Source of the DNA: Eubacteriales bacterium
Lineage (GTDB): Bacteria > Bacillota > Clostridia > Oscillospirales > JAAYXM01
NCBI GenBank assembly: GCA_045537045.1
Contig: JAZSOS010000043.1
Location: 13,452-77,451, forward strand
Direction: 5' to 3'
Length of the DNA: 64,000 nucleotides
Position 1 is the first letter of the stretch. Each line of letters opens with the position of its first letter. The position numbers and the translations under genes were made by a program. Below, piece by piece: positions 24,887 through 34,695 of the stretch. The notes beneath the pieces are model-generated. The model was given only the letters and a program-made list of their open reading frames with translations, searched no databases and was not told the DNA's origin.

Positions 24887-25099
24887 GTGATTGACGATAA
24901 GGACATAGACAGACTTAGCGAGATTTTCGTTCGTAAGGATGAGTGTCACGACTACTCGAAAAGTGTTTCGGAAAAATTCAGCAATGATAACGCTCGTCTT
25001 GCGGTTATTGAACAACAGCAGAAGGTGAATAACTGGCTGTCGCTGACCATAGCTGCAGGCGTTGTTGCGCTTGTTATTAAAGTTTTTCTCGGTGGTTAA
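24887..25099 (+). CDS. XhlA-like small membrane protein (coiled coil plus C-terminal TM)
   Basis: 70 aa, GTG start overlapping amidase stop; C-terminal WLSLTIAAGVVALVIKVFLGG. Confidence 0.45.
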   Translation: MIDDKDIDRLSEIFVRKDECHDYSKSVSEKFSNDNARLAVIEQQQKVNNWLSLTIAAGVVALVIKVFLGG

Positions 25100-25110
25100 C
25101 AAACAGTATA

Positions 25111-25146
25111 CCCCTCACGGTTTGACCGTGAGGGGCGCGTTTTTGT
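25111..25146. terminator. Bidirectional terminator between lysis module and convergent minus-strand pair
   Basis: CCCCTCACGG-tttga-CCGTGAGGGG then T-run. Confidence 0.7.
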
Positions 25147-25342
25147 ATTCGTACAGCGTATCTTCCAGAACATCATTGAGGTGTTCCGGAGCTAGCCGGA
25201 GTAGGGTGAATTTTCGGCAGAGCTTGCGAATCTTACGCTTCGGCAGAGGTATGTCTGGGAACACTTGTATAACATCATTACCGTCGTATACTGCAATGCC
25301 GTTTGATGTAAGCATAGGTTTATACTTTATCATTTCATGCAT
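25115..25342 (-). CDS. Hypothetical 75-aa protein co-translated with XRE regulator
   Basis: ORF overlaps upstream XRE gene by 8 nt; basic central KRKIRKLCRK. Confidence 0.5.
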   Translation of the reverse strand: MHEMIKYKPMLTSNGIAVYDGNDVIQVFPDIPLPKRKIRKLCRKFTLLRLAPEHLNDVLEDTLYEYKNAPLTVKP

Positions 25343-25598
25343 TCCTCTCGTCTTCTATTTCGTAACCGTTCTTTTTGATTTCTTCGACAAGTGAATTTAG
25401 GTCAAGACCGCCCGCGATTGATAGGTTTACTAATGTCTGGAATTTAGGTAAGCTCTTTCCGAGTTCTAAGCTTTCATACGCTCTCGGGGACAGTGCAATA
25501 AGTTCGGAAAATTCATGCTGTGTGCAGTCGTTCTTTATTCGTGCTTCATATACAAGTCTGGATGAGCAATCTTCTAATATCTTTCGATGCTTCGACAT
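25335..25598 (-). CDS. XRE-family helix-turn-helix regulator
   Basis: TQHEFSELIALSPRAYESLELGKSLPKFQTLVNL HTH pattern; ATG 25598 with GGAG 10 nt upstream (track start 25628). Confidence 0.7.
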   Translation of the reverse strand: MSKHRKILEDCSSRLVYEARIKNDCTQHEFSELIALSPRAYESLELGKSLPKFQTLVNLSIAGGLDLNSLVEEIKKNGYEIEDERNA

Positions 25599-25645
25599 TT
25601 CCATACATCTCCTTACAAATTTGAACAAAATAAGTTTAATTTGTT

Positions 25646-25674
25646 GCAGTGCGACTTTGAAGGAAGTGCACTGC
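25646..25674. promoter_or_regulatory. Inverted repeat GCAGTGC-N15-GCACTGC upstream of XRE gene (candidate operator)
   Basis: Direct reading. Confidence 0.3.
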
Positions 25675-25833
25675 TAAAAATGAATTATGCAGATTTGTTA
25701 AGGAGATCCTCCGAAATAGCTCTCGGAAGGAAAAATGTGAATAAAACGGTTAATTGTGGACACCACCTTTGAATTAAATTCTTTGGTGATGTTCAAAACT
25801 CATTGAAAAAAATTTAGGTAATAGGAACAAGTA

Positions 25834-25880
25834 AAAAGAGACTACCTATGGGGAAAATCTCATAAGTAGTCTCTTTTTTG
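25834..25880. terminator. 12-bp hairpin flanked by A-run and T-run (bidirectional); likely terminator of tRNA-Val transcript
   Basis: AAAAGAGACTAC 25834-25845 / GTAGTCTCTTTT 25866-25877. Confidence 0.55.
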
Positions 25881-25959
25881 TTGCTTTTTAAATGGAGCAA
25901 ACCAAAACGAAGACGCCTTCAATCATGAAAATTTCTGCTGTGTTCGTCTGGCTCGCTAA

Positions 25960-26036
25960 TGGTAGAGATGAAGGGACTCGAACCCCCGACTTCTTGCATG
26001 TGAAGCAAGCGCTCTAACCGACTGAGCTACATCTCC
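25960..26036 (-). tRNA. tRNA-Val (anticodon CAC)
   Basis: Reverse complement folds as cloverleaf: GGAGATG acceptor, GCTC/GAGC D-stem, CTTGC-TTCACAT-GCAAG anticodon arm, TTCGAGT T-loop, encoded CCA. Confidence 0.85.
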
Positions 26037-26176
26037 GTATATCGGCAGGAAATCTCCGACCGAAAATTATTATAACACACTTTGTGAAAAAATGGAATAG
26101 AGAAGGCACAATTTTGCACAATTTAAAAGCTTAAAAAATTTTCAAAAAAACTAAGCTGTAAAAACAAAAATTTTTC

Positions 26177-26205
26177 TTGACATTCCGCTTAAATAAAGGT
26201 ATAAT
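26177..26205 (+). promoter_or_regulatory. Perfect sigma-A promoter TTGACA-17-TATAAT for tRNA-Asp/Thr
   Basis: TTGACA 26177-26182, TATAAT 26200-26205. Confidence 0.75.
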
Positions 26206-26224
26206 ATTTAGGTATGACGCATAT

Positions 26225-26301
26225 GGCCCGGTAGTTCAGTTGGTTAGAACGCTAGCCTGTCACGCTAGAGGTCGTGGGTTCGAGCCCCATCCGGGTCGCC
26301 A
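26225..26301 (+). tRNA. tRNA-Asp (GTC)
   Basis: Cloverleaf with CTAGC-CTGTCAC-GCTAG anticodon arm, TTCGAGC T-loop, CCA end. Confidence 0.95.
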
Positions 26302-26307
26302 TATTCT

Positions 26308-26383
<76 letters not shown>

Positions 26384-26387
26384 AGTT

Positions 26388-26425
26388 AAAGCCCTGTAAC
26401 CGCAATGGTTACAGGGCTTTTATGT
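26388..26425 (+). terminator. Rho-independent terminator of tRNA operon
   Basis: AAAGCCCTGTAACC / GGTTACAGGGCTTT plus T-run. Confidence 0.8.
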
Positions 26426-26453
26426 TTTCATCCAAGCGCCAATTTCTGTGATT

Positions 26454-26729
26454 TTATAAGTCCTGTGCATCGGCTGCGGAGAGGTCGTTTTCAATATTAT
26501 CTCTTGCAAGATCCGTGTCGATTACGGGATATGCAGAGGATATCGGCTTATCGCCTGAATACGGTTTGGTGTGATACACTTTCTGAGCCGGTGGAACAGT
26601 GCCTGCAATTATTGGATTTGCGTGTTCCTTTCCGTGCTTTGCTTTGCCTTGAATTTCAGGTACCGGAGGCACTTCATTCTTTGGTTTTGTGTGCGTTCTG
26701 TCAATTCTGCTCATTCCTTGTTTTGCCAT
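26454..26729 (-). CDS. Hypothetical small protein (91 aa), Lys/Pro-rich
   Basis: ATG 26729 with GGGGA RBS 6 nt upstream. Confidence 0.5.
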   Translation of the reverse strand: MAKQGMSRIDRTHTKPKNEVPPVPEIQGKAKHGKEHANPIIAGTVPPAQKVYHTKPYSGDKPISSAYPVIDTDLARDNIENDLSAADAQDL

Positions 26730-26766
26730 TTTAATTCCCCTCAAAAGTAGTAGTTGCCTGTTTTCA

Positions 26767-26946
26767 TTAATATTCCGATATTATTTTATCCACATACTGC
26801 TGCATTTCTTTTTTTGATGACACTGAGTGTGTCCCGCTAATGATTTCCTGCTTTTTAGTTTCACTAAGAGTTGAGAACTTTTGCATAGCTTCAGGTCTTT
26901 GTGCAAGTGCCATTCCAAGACCTACGGGCATTTCATAATTTTCCAT
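26767..26946 (-). CDS. Hypothetical small protein (59 aa)
   Basis: ATG 26946 8 nt after GGAG; track start GTG 26955. Confidence 0.45.
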   Translation of the reverse strand: MENYEMPVGLGMALAQRPEAMQKFSTLSETKKQEIISGTHSVSSKKEMQQYVDKIISEY

Positions 26947-26996
26947 ACTCATCACTCCGTTCTATACATAGTATAACCACTTATAATATATTTATT

Positions 26997-28940
26997 TTAA
27001 CAAAAACTGCTCGGGTCATTAGTTGGCGGCAGACAATTGTGGTTTTTACATACATAAAATGTTGTTTTATTGTTTAAAAACGGGTATTTTGTGTTATTAG
27101 TAACTACCGATACGTTTGCCAGAAAAGGTAGCTTTTCTCTTATTTGATTTAAGTCAGAGTGATCTTTCAGTGCAACTGTAATGTGAGGTAGAGATTCTTC
27201 GTATAACAGCATTGCAATTAAAAACATACTGTTGCCAGATGGATATTCATATGCCTTAGCAGACATAAAAGCTATCTGCTTTTCCAAAAGCCCTTTGTAC
27301 TCATCTTTCTCTGTGATTTGATACAGTCTGACCAAGTTGTATGCCATAACTGAATTTCCGCTGGGAATGGCTCCGTCGTATGTTTCCTTCGGGTTTATAA
27401 ACAATTCCGTACTCTCCGGATCGGAAAGGTAGAATCCACCGTTTTTATTGTCCATAAACCGTTTGACAGTTTCATCACAAAACGCTTCTGCCTTTTCAAG
27501 ATAAGTTTTATCAAGTGTTGAATTGTAAAGCTCTATCAAGGCTGTAACATAAAATGCGTAATCATCTAAAAAGGCATGCTTTGAGCACTTTCCGTCACGA
27601 AAGCTTGTGTAAAGATTTTCTCCGTTACATAAGTTTTTTTCGATAAATTCCTGTGCTTTTTGTGTTGCGTTAAGATAGTCGTGTTCGTGTGTAACTCTAT
27701 AAAGCATAGATAGTGCCACAATCATCATAGAATTCCACGACAATAAAATTTTGTCATCAAGATGAAGCTTAAAACGAGCTTTTCGATAGCTATACAGCTT
27801 TTTTATTTCACCCAGAAAATCAGTTTTCAAATCGTTGCTTTCAAGAAGGTTGGGGATATTCAAACCTTCAAAATTACCGTTTTCAGTAATATCAAAAACC
27901 TCGGCAAATTCTTTTCCTTTATCTTCACCTAAAACGCTAATTATTTCATTTAGCGTAAAGGTATAATACTTTCCTTCAACACCTTCGCTGTCAGCATCCT
28001 GAGCGCTGTAAAAGCCACCACATTCGGATGTCATTTCTTTTAAGATATATTTTGCAGTTTTTTCGGCAGTATCAAGATAAATACTGTTGTTGGTAATGCT
28101 GTAAGCAGAGGCGTATGCAATTATCAGCAGGGCGTTGTCGTAGAGCATTTTCTCAAAGTGGGGAGCGAGATAGTACTTATCGGTGGAGTATCTTGAAAAG
28201 CCATATCCAATATGGTCAAAAATCCCGCCTTTTCTCATTTTTATCAGTGTTTTTTCTGCCATTTTTAAAGCACCGGAATTGTTGGTTTGTTTTGCATACA
28301 GCATTAAGAATAGTAAGTTGTGCGGCGTGGGGAACTTGGGTGCATCGCCAAATCCACCGTGGGCGCTGTCAAAGGTACGTTCGAAAAACTGTACTGCACG
28401 CTGTATCAAGTCATTGCCGGCTTGAATTGATTTATCGGACTGTTTGTTTTTCAGATGCCTGATAATTTCTTCCGCAGACCCTGAAAGATTATCTTTATTT
28501 AATTTCCATTTATCGGAGATTGTAATTAACAACTCCGAAAATCCCGGCATCCCGTATTGTGAATTAGGCGGAAAATATGTTCCTGCAAAAAACGGCTTTT
28601 TATCCCATGTCATAAATATGCTCATGGGCCAACCGCCGCTACCCGTAAAAGCCTGACATACAGACATATATACACTGTCGATATCAGGCCGTTCCTCACG
28701 GTCTACCTTTATTGAAATAAAATGTTTGTTCAGAATTTCTGCTGTTTTGTTATCCTCAAAGCTCTCGTGCGCCATAACATGGCACCAGTGACATGTGCTG
28801 TAACCGATACTTAAAAAAATCGGCTTATTTTCCGCCTTTGCTTTATGAAATGCTTCTTCGCACCACGGGTACCAATTTACGGGATTTTCTGCGTGCTGCA
28901 AAAGGTACGGACTTGTTTCATGTATTAATTGATTTTTCAT
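26997..28940 (-). CDS. Thioredoxin-domain protein (YyaL/DUF255-type with six-hairpin C-terminal domain)
   Basis: [17 protein letters not shown]...[11 protein letters not shown] motif; ATG 28940 with GGAGG RBS. Confidence 0.85.
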   Translation of the reverse strand: MKNQLIHETSPYLLQHAENPVNWYPWCEEAFHKAKAENKPIFLSIGYSTCHWCHVMAHESFEDNKTAEILNKHFISIKVDREERPDIDSVYMSVCQAFTGSGGWPMSIFMTWDKKPFFAGTYFPPNSQYGMPGFSELLITISDKWKLNKDNLSGSAEEIIRHLKNKQSDKSIQAGNDLIQRAVQFFERTFDSAHGGFGDAPKFPTPHNLLFLMLYAKQTNNSGALKMAEKTLIKMRKGGIFDHIGYGFSRYSTDKYYLAPHFEKMLYDNALLIIAYASAYSITNNSIYLDTAEKTAKYILKEMTSECGGFYSAQDADSEGVEGKYYTFTLNEIISVLGEDKGKEFAEVFDITENGNFEGLNIPNLLESNDLKTDFLGEIKKLYSYRKARFKLHLDDKILLSWNSMMIVALSMLYRVTHEHDYLNATQKAQEFIEKNLCNGENLYTSFRDGKCSKHAFLDDYAFYVTALIELYNSTLDKTYLEKAEAFCDETVKRFMDNKNGGFYLSDPESTELFINPKETYDGAIPSGNSVMAYNLVRLYQITEKDEYKGLLEKQIAFMSAKAYEYPSGNSMFLIAMLLYEESLPHITVALKDHSDLNQIREKLPFLANVSVVTNNTKYPFLNNKTTFYVCKNHNCLPPTNDPSSFC

Positions 28941-29011
28941 TATTACCTCCATGTTAAACGTTGCGTTTTGTTAGTATATCCGCTCATAAAATAAGAAATA
29001 CCAAGCTTTCG

Positions 29012-29698
29012 TCATTCCGGGAAACCCTCTCTGAGCTTTTCAAGAGCTTTCTTTTCAATTCTTGATACATACGACCTTGATATATTGCATTTTTCTGCAA
29101 TTTCGTGCTGAGTTTTTGGTTCCGTGTTATACAGCCCGTAACGCATTATTATAATTTCACGTTCGCGCTCGTTTAAATGCGTCTGCAATAATTTGTACAG
29201 CGCGGCTTCCGTGTCGGCATTCTCGACTTTCTCCAATCGAACGTCCTCAACACTTATGATATCTAAGAGTGCAAGTGAGTTTCCGTCGGCATCTGTTTCA
29301 AGAGAATCGGAAAGAGAAACTTCGGCACCGGTCTTTTTTGATGCGCGGAAGTACATAAGAATTTCATTTTCAATGCATCGTGCGGCGTATGTTGCAAGTC
29401 TTGTTCCTTTGTTCGGTTTATATGTATTGACTGCTTTTATAAGACCTACAGAGCCTATTGCAATCAGGTCTTCCTGCTCTTGCGGTGAGGTGTAGTATTT
29501 CTTGATTACGTGAGCCACAAGCCTGAGATTCCGCTCTATCAGGATATCGCGTGCTGCCATATCACCATTTGCGTATTTTTCAAGGTACTCACGCTCTTCT
29601 TTGGCTGAAAGGGGTTTGGGAAAAGAACCGGAGGAAAGACTTAAAATAAAATATAGACATCCCGAAAGAAAAAAAGCAACCGATGATAAAATAAACAT
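29012..29698 (-). CDS. sigK: Sporulation sigma factor SigK (pro-sigma-K), uninterrupted
   Basis: FPKPLS, KGTRLATYAARCIENEILMYFRA, ISRSYVSRIEKKAL match SigK rather than SigE; hydrophobic pro-sequence; ATG 29698 with GGTGGAG RBS. Confidence 0.85.
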   Translation of the reverse strand: MFILSSVAFFLSGCLYFILSLSSGSFPKPLSAKEEREYLEKYANGDMAARDILIERNLRLVAHVIKKYYTSPQEQEDLIAIGSVGLIKAVNTYKPNKGTRLATYAARCIENEILMYFRASKKTGAEVSLSDSLETDADGNSLALLDIISVEDVRLEKVENADTEAALYKLLQTHLNEREREIIIMRYGLYNTEPKTQHEIAEKCNISRSYVSRIEKKALEKLREGFPE

Positions 29699-29790
29699 AC
29701 ACACTCCACCGCCTTGTTTTGATATATTTATTTTATTTTCATAAAAAAACAAATTGCAAGTCCGTATGAATAAAAGGACTTGCAATTTTC

Positions 29791-30264
29791 TTATATTCTT
29801 TCTATAAGTGCAACTGAGTGAGCGGCAATGCCGTCACCGCTTCCGGTAAAACCGAGCTTTTCTTCGGTAGTTGCCTTAACGCTTACGCAGTCAAGCGTAA
29901 CCTCAAGCGCGGCGGCAATGTTTTTTCTCATTTCTTCGATATAGGGGAGAAGCTTCGGTCGCTGGGCAATTACCGTTGCATCAACGTTGCCGACGGTGTA
30001 GCCCTTTTTCTTCAAAAGAGCATTTACTCTTCCAAGCAACTTAAGGCTGTCTGCATCGAGAAATTCGGGGTCATCCGGCGGAAAATGCTTTCCGATATCC
30101 CCGAGTGCTGCGGCGCCAAGCAGCGCATCGGAAATGGCGTGAAGAAGAACATCTGCATCGCTGTGCCCGAGCAGTCCTTTTTCATATGGAATATCAACAC
30201 CGCCGAGGATGAGCTTGCGTCCCTCCACAAGTCTGTGTACATCATATCCGTGTCCTATTCTCAT
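29791..30264 (-). CDS. ispF: 2-C-methyl-D-erythritol 2,4-cyclodiphosphate synthase
   Basis: [12 protein letters not shown]...[11 protein letters not shown]...GDIG motifs, 157 aa. Confidence 0.95.
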   Translation of the reverse strand: MRIGHGYDVHRLVEGRKLILGGVDIPYEKGLLGHSDADVLLHAISDALLGAAALGDIGKHFPPDDPEFLDADSLKLLGRVNALLKKKGYTVGNVDATVIAQRPKLLPYIEEMRKNIAAALEVTLDCVSVKATTEEKLGFTGSGDGIAAHSVALIERI

Positions 30265-31010
30265 TTGCTTTTCACCTCGTTTTCAGGAATATACTTTGCA
30301 ATCGCTTCTGCAAGAATTAAATCCTCCGGAGTGGTTATTTTTATATTGAAATAATCGCCGTCGGTTAAAAATACACGCATTCCTATCGCTTCAACAGCAG
30401 AGCAATCATCGGTTATGGGCAGGCTTTCGTCAACTGCCTTTTTTAGTGCTGCGGAGAGAAGGTCTGTATCGAATATCTGCGGCGTCTGTATTGCAAAAAG
30501 TGTTTCGCGCGGGAGCGTTTCGGTCACAACTTTACCTGCCGCCTTCTTTATTGTGTCTTTTACGGGAACTGCCGGAGCTGCCGCGCTATACAATGCCGCC
30601 GCGTTTACGGTAATCTCTATAATATTTTGTGAAACGAACGGACGCGCGGCATCGTGAACAGCGATGAGGTCAAATTTATTTCCGGCAAATCTGACTCCGT
30701 TCAGAACTGATTCAGCGCGCGTAGCACCTCCTGGTATAACGGCAAGCAACTTGCTTATTCCGCTTTCTTTGCATATGTTTTCAATCTCACTAATAAGCTC
30801 GCTCTGTGTGGGAATAACAATTGCGTCAATCCACGGGGATTTTTCAAAATCGAGCAGAGTGCGCGTGATAACCGGAATACCGGATATATCTGCAAACAGC
30901 TTGTTTCCAAAAGCTTTCATCCTGCTTGATGTGCCTGCGGCAGGAATAACTGCAACGCATGTTTTTCTTTTATTTTTATTGAACAACTGTAAAACCTCGC
31001 TTATAATCAA
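30261..31010 (-). CDS. ispD: 2-C-methyl-D-erythritol 4-phosphate cytidylyltransferase
   Basis: [13 protein letters not shown] motif; overlaps ispF start. Confidence 0.9.
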   Translation of the reverse strand: MIISEVLQLFNKNKRKTCVAVIPAAGTSSRMKAFGNKLFADISGIPVITRTLLDFEKSPWIDAIVIPTQSELISEIENICKESGISKLLAVIPGGATRAESVLNGVRFAGNKFDLIAVHDAARPFVSQNIIEITVNAAALYSAAAPAVPVKDTIKKAAGKVVTETLPRETLFAIQTPQIFDTDLLSAALKKAVDESLPITDDCSAVEAIGMRVFLTDGDYFNIKITTPEDLILAEAIAKYIPENEVKSK

Positions 31011-31072
31011 ATAGAGCTGCTCATCATGAGAGCAGCTCTATTGTACCACAAAATGAAGGGGTATTACAAGAT

Positions 31073-31561
31073 TTATTTGAAAGATTCTGTCATAACAGAG
31101 TCTAAATAGGTATCAACTTCGTTGTAGTCCTTTTCAAGCGCAAGAACAAGCTCTGAAAGGAGAATCTGCTTTGCAGAATGGAGAATTTTGCGCTCTCCGG
31201 TTGAAAGTCCGTTTTTGAAATCTCTGTAAGTAAGTGACTTTATGACACGGACAAGCTCATCAAGATCGCCGCTTTTGATTCGTGCAATATTTTCGCGGTA
31301 ACGCTTGTTCCAGTTTGTGTCGACATCAATGTCGATAGTTGAGAAAAGAGAGAAAAGCGCATCTGCACGTTCACGGCTTATGACGCCGCGTATTCCGATT
31401 TTGTCGCATGTGGAGACGGGAACCATAATTGTCATATTATTTGCGGGGAGCTTGAGAATATAATATTCAAGAATATTTCCGTTAACAGTTTGAGTGGTTA
31501 TGCTTTCAATTGTTCCTGCACCGTGCATAGGATGGACAATCTTATCGCCGATACTGTACAA
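31073..31561 (-). CDS. CarD-family transcriptional regulator
   Basis: MYSIGDKIVHPMHGAGTIE... typical CarD/CdnL N-terminal Tudor-like domain; 162 aa. Confidence 0.85.
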   Translation of the reverse strand: MYSIGDKIVHPMHGAGTIESITTQTVNGNILEYYILKLPANNMTIMVPVSTCDKIGIRGVISRERADALFSLFSTIDIDVDTNWNKRYRENIARIKSGDLDELVRVIKSLTYRDFKNGLSTGERKILHSAKQILLSELVLALEKDYNEVDTYLDSVMTESFK

Positions 31562-31718
31562 TGGTATCCCTCCTCAAGGCGTTTTACATATATATTATAC
31601 TACCTTTTTTTTGAATTTTCAACAGAAAAATTCAAAAAAATTAAACTTATCATTGATTTCGACGTAATATACAAATATAATAATAACAAATTTTGTTGAA
31701 TTTTACAGTATATTTTGC

Positions 31719-31747
31719 TTGACATTACACTGCGGATATTGTATTCT
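31719..31747 (+). promoter_or_regulatory. Candidate valS promoter TTGACA-17-TATTCT
   Basis: Direct reading. Confidence 0.4.
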
Positions 31748-31813
31748 ATTATAAGTAATAAAAGATAGAAATTAAGCCGTTTTATAAAGCTTTGAAGAGA
31801 GGTAAAACATCAT

Positions 31814-34459
31814 ATGGCAAAGCAACTTGACAAGATTTACAATCCGCGTGACGTGGAATCACGTCTTTATAAAGAGTGGGAAGAAAAAGGGTATTTCCAC
31901 GCTGAGGTGGACGAGAACAAAAAATCGTTTTCTATCGTTATGCCTCCGCCAAACGTTACCGGACAGCTTCACCTCGGCCACGCGCTTGACTGCACTCTGC
32001 AGGACGTTCTTACCCGTACAAAGCGTATGCAGGGGTATTCTGCACTCTGGCTTCCGGGAACGGATCATGCCGGCATTGCTACTCAGATAAAGGTTGAGGA
32101 AACTCTCCGTAAAGAAGAGGGGCTTACGCGCCACGATCTCGGAAGAGACAAGTTCTTAGAGCGCGTATGGGACTGGAAAAACAAATTCGGAAACAGAATT
32201 GTTGAGCAACAGAAAAAGATGGGCGCGTCGTGCGACTGGGACCGTTCACGCTTTACAATGGACGATATTTGCGCAAAGGCTGTCCGCGAGGTTTTTGTCC
32301 GGCTTTATGAAAAGGGACTTATCTATCAGGGAAACAGAATTATAAACTGGTGTCCGCACTGCACAACCGCGCTTTCCGATGCTGAGGTTGAATACAGCGA
32401 ACAGGACGGTAAGTTCTGGCATATTAAATATCCTGTCAAGGATTCCGATGAATACGTTATTATTGCAACAACCCGCCCGGAAACGATGATGGGTGACACT
32501 GCTGTTGCCGTTCATCCGGACGATGAAAGATATACCCATCTTGTCGGTAAAACTCTTATTCTTCCGCTTATGAACCGCGAAATTCCGGTTGTCGCGGATG
32601 AATATGTCGAGCGTGAGTTCGGTACGGGCTGCGTTAAGATTACACCGTGCCACGACCCGAACGACTTTGAGGTCGGTAAGCGCCATAACCTTGAAGAAAT
32701 TCTTGTTATTGACGAGCACGGCTGCATAAATGAAAACGGCGGCAAGTATAACGGTCTTGACAGATATGAGGCGCGCAAGCAGATTATTGCAGATCTCGAG
32801 GCAGAAGGCCTTCTCCTTGAGGTTCGTGACCATAAGCACAACGTTGGTCAGTGCTACCGCTGTAACACCGTTGTCGAGCCGCTTACATCAAAGCAGTGGT
32901 TTGTAAAGATGGGGCCGCTTGCAGAAGAAGCCCTCCGTGTTGTAAATGACGGTACGGTCAAGTTTGTTCCGGATCGCTTCTCGAAGATTTACACAAACTG
33001 GATGGAAAACGTACACGACTGGTGTATCTCCCGTCAGCTCTGGTGGGGACACAGAATCCCTGCATTCTACTGTGAGGATTGCGGTTTTGTAAATGTTTCC
33101 CGCGAGGATCCGACAAAGTGTGCAAAGTGTGGAAGCACGCATCTCCGTCAGGAAGAGGACGTTCTCGATACATGGTTCTCTTCGGCGCTCTGGCCGTTCT
33201 CAACTCTCGGCTGGCCGGAAAAGACACCTGAACTTGATTACTTCTATCCCACATCCGTTATGGTTACGGGATATGACATCATTTTCTTCTGGGTTGCACG
33301 TATGATTTTCTCCGGTATGGAGCATCTCAAGCTCGAGCCGTTCAAGACTGTTTTCATTCACGGCATCGTCCGTGATGCGCTTGGCAGAAAGATGTCCAAG
33401 TCGCTCAATAACGGCGTTGACCCGCTTGAGGTTATCGAGGAGTACGGCGCAGACGCTCTCCGCTTCACGCTTATCACCGGTAACTCTCCCGGAAACGATA
33501 CGCGCTTTATTCCGGAGCGTGTTGAGGCTAACCGCAACTTTGCAAATAAGATATGGAACGCATCACGCTTTGTTATGATGAATCTGGGTATCGACAAGTG
33601 TGAGCTTCCGGCGATATCTGAGCTTGAACTTTCGGATAAGTGGATTGTTTCAAAGTTTAATACTCTTGTTTCCGAGATTACGGATAATATAGATAAGTTT
33701 GAACTCGGAATTGCAGCTCAGAAACTTCAGGAGTTCATCAGAGATAACTACTGCGACTGGTATATTGAGCTTGTTAAGCCGCGTCTTTCCGATGATGCGG
33801 ATGCAAAGAGCCGCGAAACGGCAGAAAAGGTTCTTTGCTATGTTCTCTCAAACACATTGAAGCTTCTCCACCCGTTTATGCCGTTTATTACTGAGGAAAT
33901 CTGGCAGACACTCCCGCACGACGGTGAGTCGATTATGATTTCTGACTGGCCGAAGTCTAGTGACGAGCTTAACTTCAAAACGGAAGAAGAAAATATGGAG
34001 ATTCTTATGCAGGCTATTCGCGCGATAAGAAACCGTAGAGCGGAAATGAACGTTGCTCCTTCAAGAAAGGCACAGCTCATTGTAATTCCGGATGATGATA
34101 AGGCAAAAGCAATTTTTGAGACCGGAACTCCGTTCTTCATAAAGCTTGCTTCCGCTTCCGAAGTCATTATGTCCAAAGGGGTAGAGGATACCTCCAAGAT
34201 GGTTTCCGTTGTATCTCAGTCTGCAAAGCTCTTTATCCCGATGAATGAGCTTATCGACACCGAGGCGGAAATTAAGCGTCTTACCAAAGAGCGTGAAAAA
34301 GTCGAAAAAGATTTCAATATGATTAACGGCAAGCTCTCCAATGCAGGCTTTGTTGCAAAAGCTCCGGCAAATGTTGTTGAGGCAGAGCGCGAAAAGCTTG
34401 AAAAGGTAAAAGCTCTCCTTGCCAATATCGATGAGAGCATCGCAAAACTCAACGCATAA
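31814..34459 (+). CDS. valS: Valine--tRNA ligase
   Basis: 881 aa; [14 protein letters not shown] (HIGH), KMSKS, C-terminal coiled coil. Confidence 0.97.
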   Translation: MAKQLDKIYNPRDVESRLYKEWEEKGYFHAEVDENKKSFSIVMPPPNVTGQLHLGHALDCTLQDVLTRTKRMQGYSALWLPGTDHAGIATQIKVEETLRKEEGLTRHDLGRDKFLERVWDWKNKFGNRIVEQQKKMGASCDWDRSRFTMDDICAKAVREVFVRLYEKGLIYQGNRIINWCPHCTTALSDAEVEYSEQDGKFWHIKYPVKDSDEYVIIATTRPETMMGDTAVAVHPDDERYTHLVGKTLILPLMNREIPVVADEYVEREFGTGCVKITPCHDPNDFEVGKRHNLEEILVIDEHGCINENGGKYNGLDRYEARKQIIADLEAEGLLLEVRDHKHNVGQCYRCNTVVEPLTSKQWFVKMGPLAEEALRVVNDGTVKFVPDRFSKIYTNWMENVHDWCISRQLWWGHRIPAFYCEDCGFVNVSREDPTKCAKCGSTHLRQEEDVLDTWFSSALWPFSTLGWPEKTPELDYFYPTSVMVTGYDIIFFWVARMIFSGMEHLKLEPFKTVFIHGIVRDALGRKMSKSLNNGVDPLEVIEEYGADALRFTLITGNSPGNDTRFIPERVEANRNFANKIWNASRFVMMNLGIDKCELPAISELELSDKWIVSKFNTLVSEITDNIDKFELGIAAQKLQEFIRDNYCDWYIELVKPRLSDDADAKSRETAEKVLCYVLSNTLKLLHPFMPFITEEIWQTLPHDGESIMISDWPKSSDELNFKTEEENMEILMQAIRAIRNRRAEMNVAPSRKAQLIVIPDDDKAKAIFETGTPFFIKLASASEVIMSKGVEDTSKMVSVVSQSAKLFIPMNELIDTEAEIKRLTKEREKVEKDFNMINGKLSNAGFVAKAPANVVEAEREKLEKVKALLANIDESIAKLNA

Positions 34460-34473
34460 GTTACCAAAATTTA

Positions 34474-34515
34474 ACACGGACGTATCATTTTGCGGTGATA
34501 CGTCCGTGTTTTGTT
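34474..34515 (+). terminator. Rho-independent terminator after valS
   Basis: 14-bp stem ACACGGACGTATCA / TGATACGTCCGTGT plus T-run. Confidence 0.8.
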
Positions 34516-34598
34516 ATACAATTAACATGTTTTGTGAATTGTGCAAAAAGATAAATAAAATTTTTAAAAAAATAAATCACAAAATGCACAAAAAACAC

Positions 34599-34627
34599 TT
34601 GTAATTTTTTTTATTTTGTTATATAAT
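34599..34627 (+). promoter_or_regulatory. Candidate promoter TTGTAA-17-TATAAT
   Basis: Direct reading upstream of EF-G paralog. Confidence 0.5.
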
Positions 34628-34695
34628 TAATAAAACTTAACATTTGCGTAATATCTGCAACTGTTATTTATCGGTAAAAAGGAGAGTAGAAGCAC

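Larger units (their letters stand above)
1..25830. mobile_element. Partial siphovirus-type prophage (replication, small-ORF, packaging, head, tail, lysis modules); left end outside window, right end somewhere between 25630 and 25960
   Basis: Co-oriented, tightly packed phage gene order TerS-TerL-portal-minor capsid-scaffold-capsid-neck-tail-TMP-fibre-holin-lysin; abuts tRNA cluster. Confidence 0.85.

Noticed and set aside
25587-25772. 61-aa + strand ORF, and a 30-aa ORF (MNYADLL...), in the region upstream of the XRE gene
   Set aside because: They have no convincing RBS or promoter. The region more likely holds the XRE promoter/operator and the prophage end.
25892-26017. 41-aa + strand ORF starting ATGGAGCAAACC
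   Set aside because: It runs antisense through tRNA-Val and has no RBS, so it is fortuitous.
29012-29785. sigK interrupted by a skin-like element, or the nearby prophage being a sigK-intervening element
   Set aside because: The sigK reading frame is continuous from the pro-sequence through region 4. The prophage ends more than 3 kb away, beyond the tRNA cluster.
31562-31813. T-box leader upstream of valS
   Set aside because: The distance from the best promoter candidate (31719-31747) to the ATG is only about 65 nt. I see no specifier-loop/T-box (AAnnnGGTGGTACCGCG-like) sequence and no terminator.
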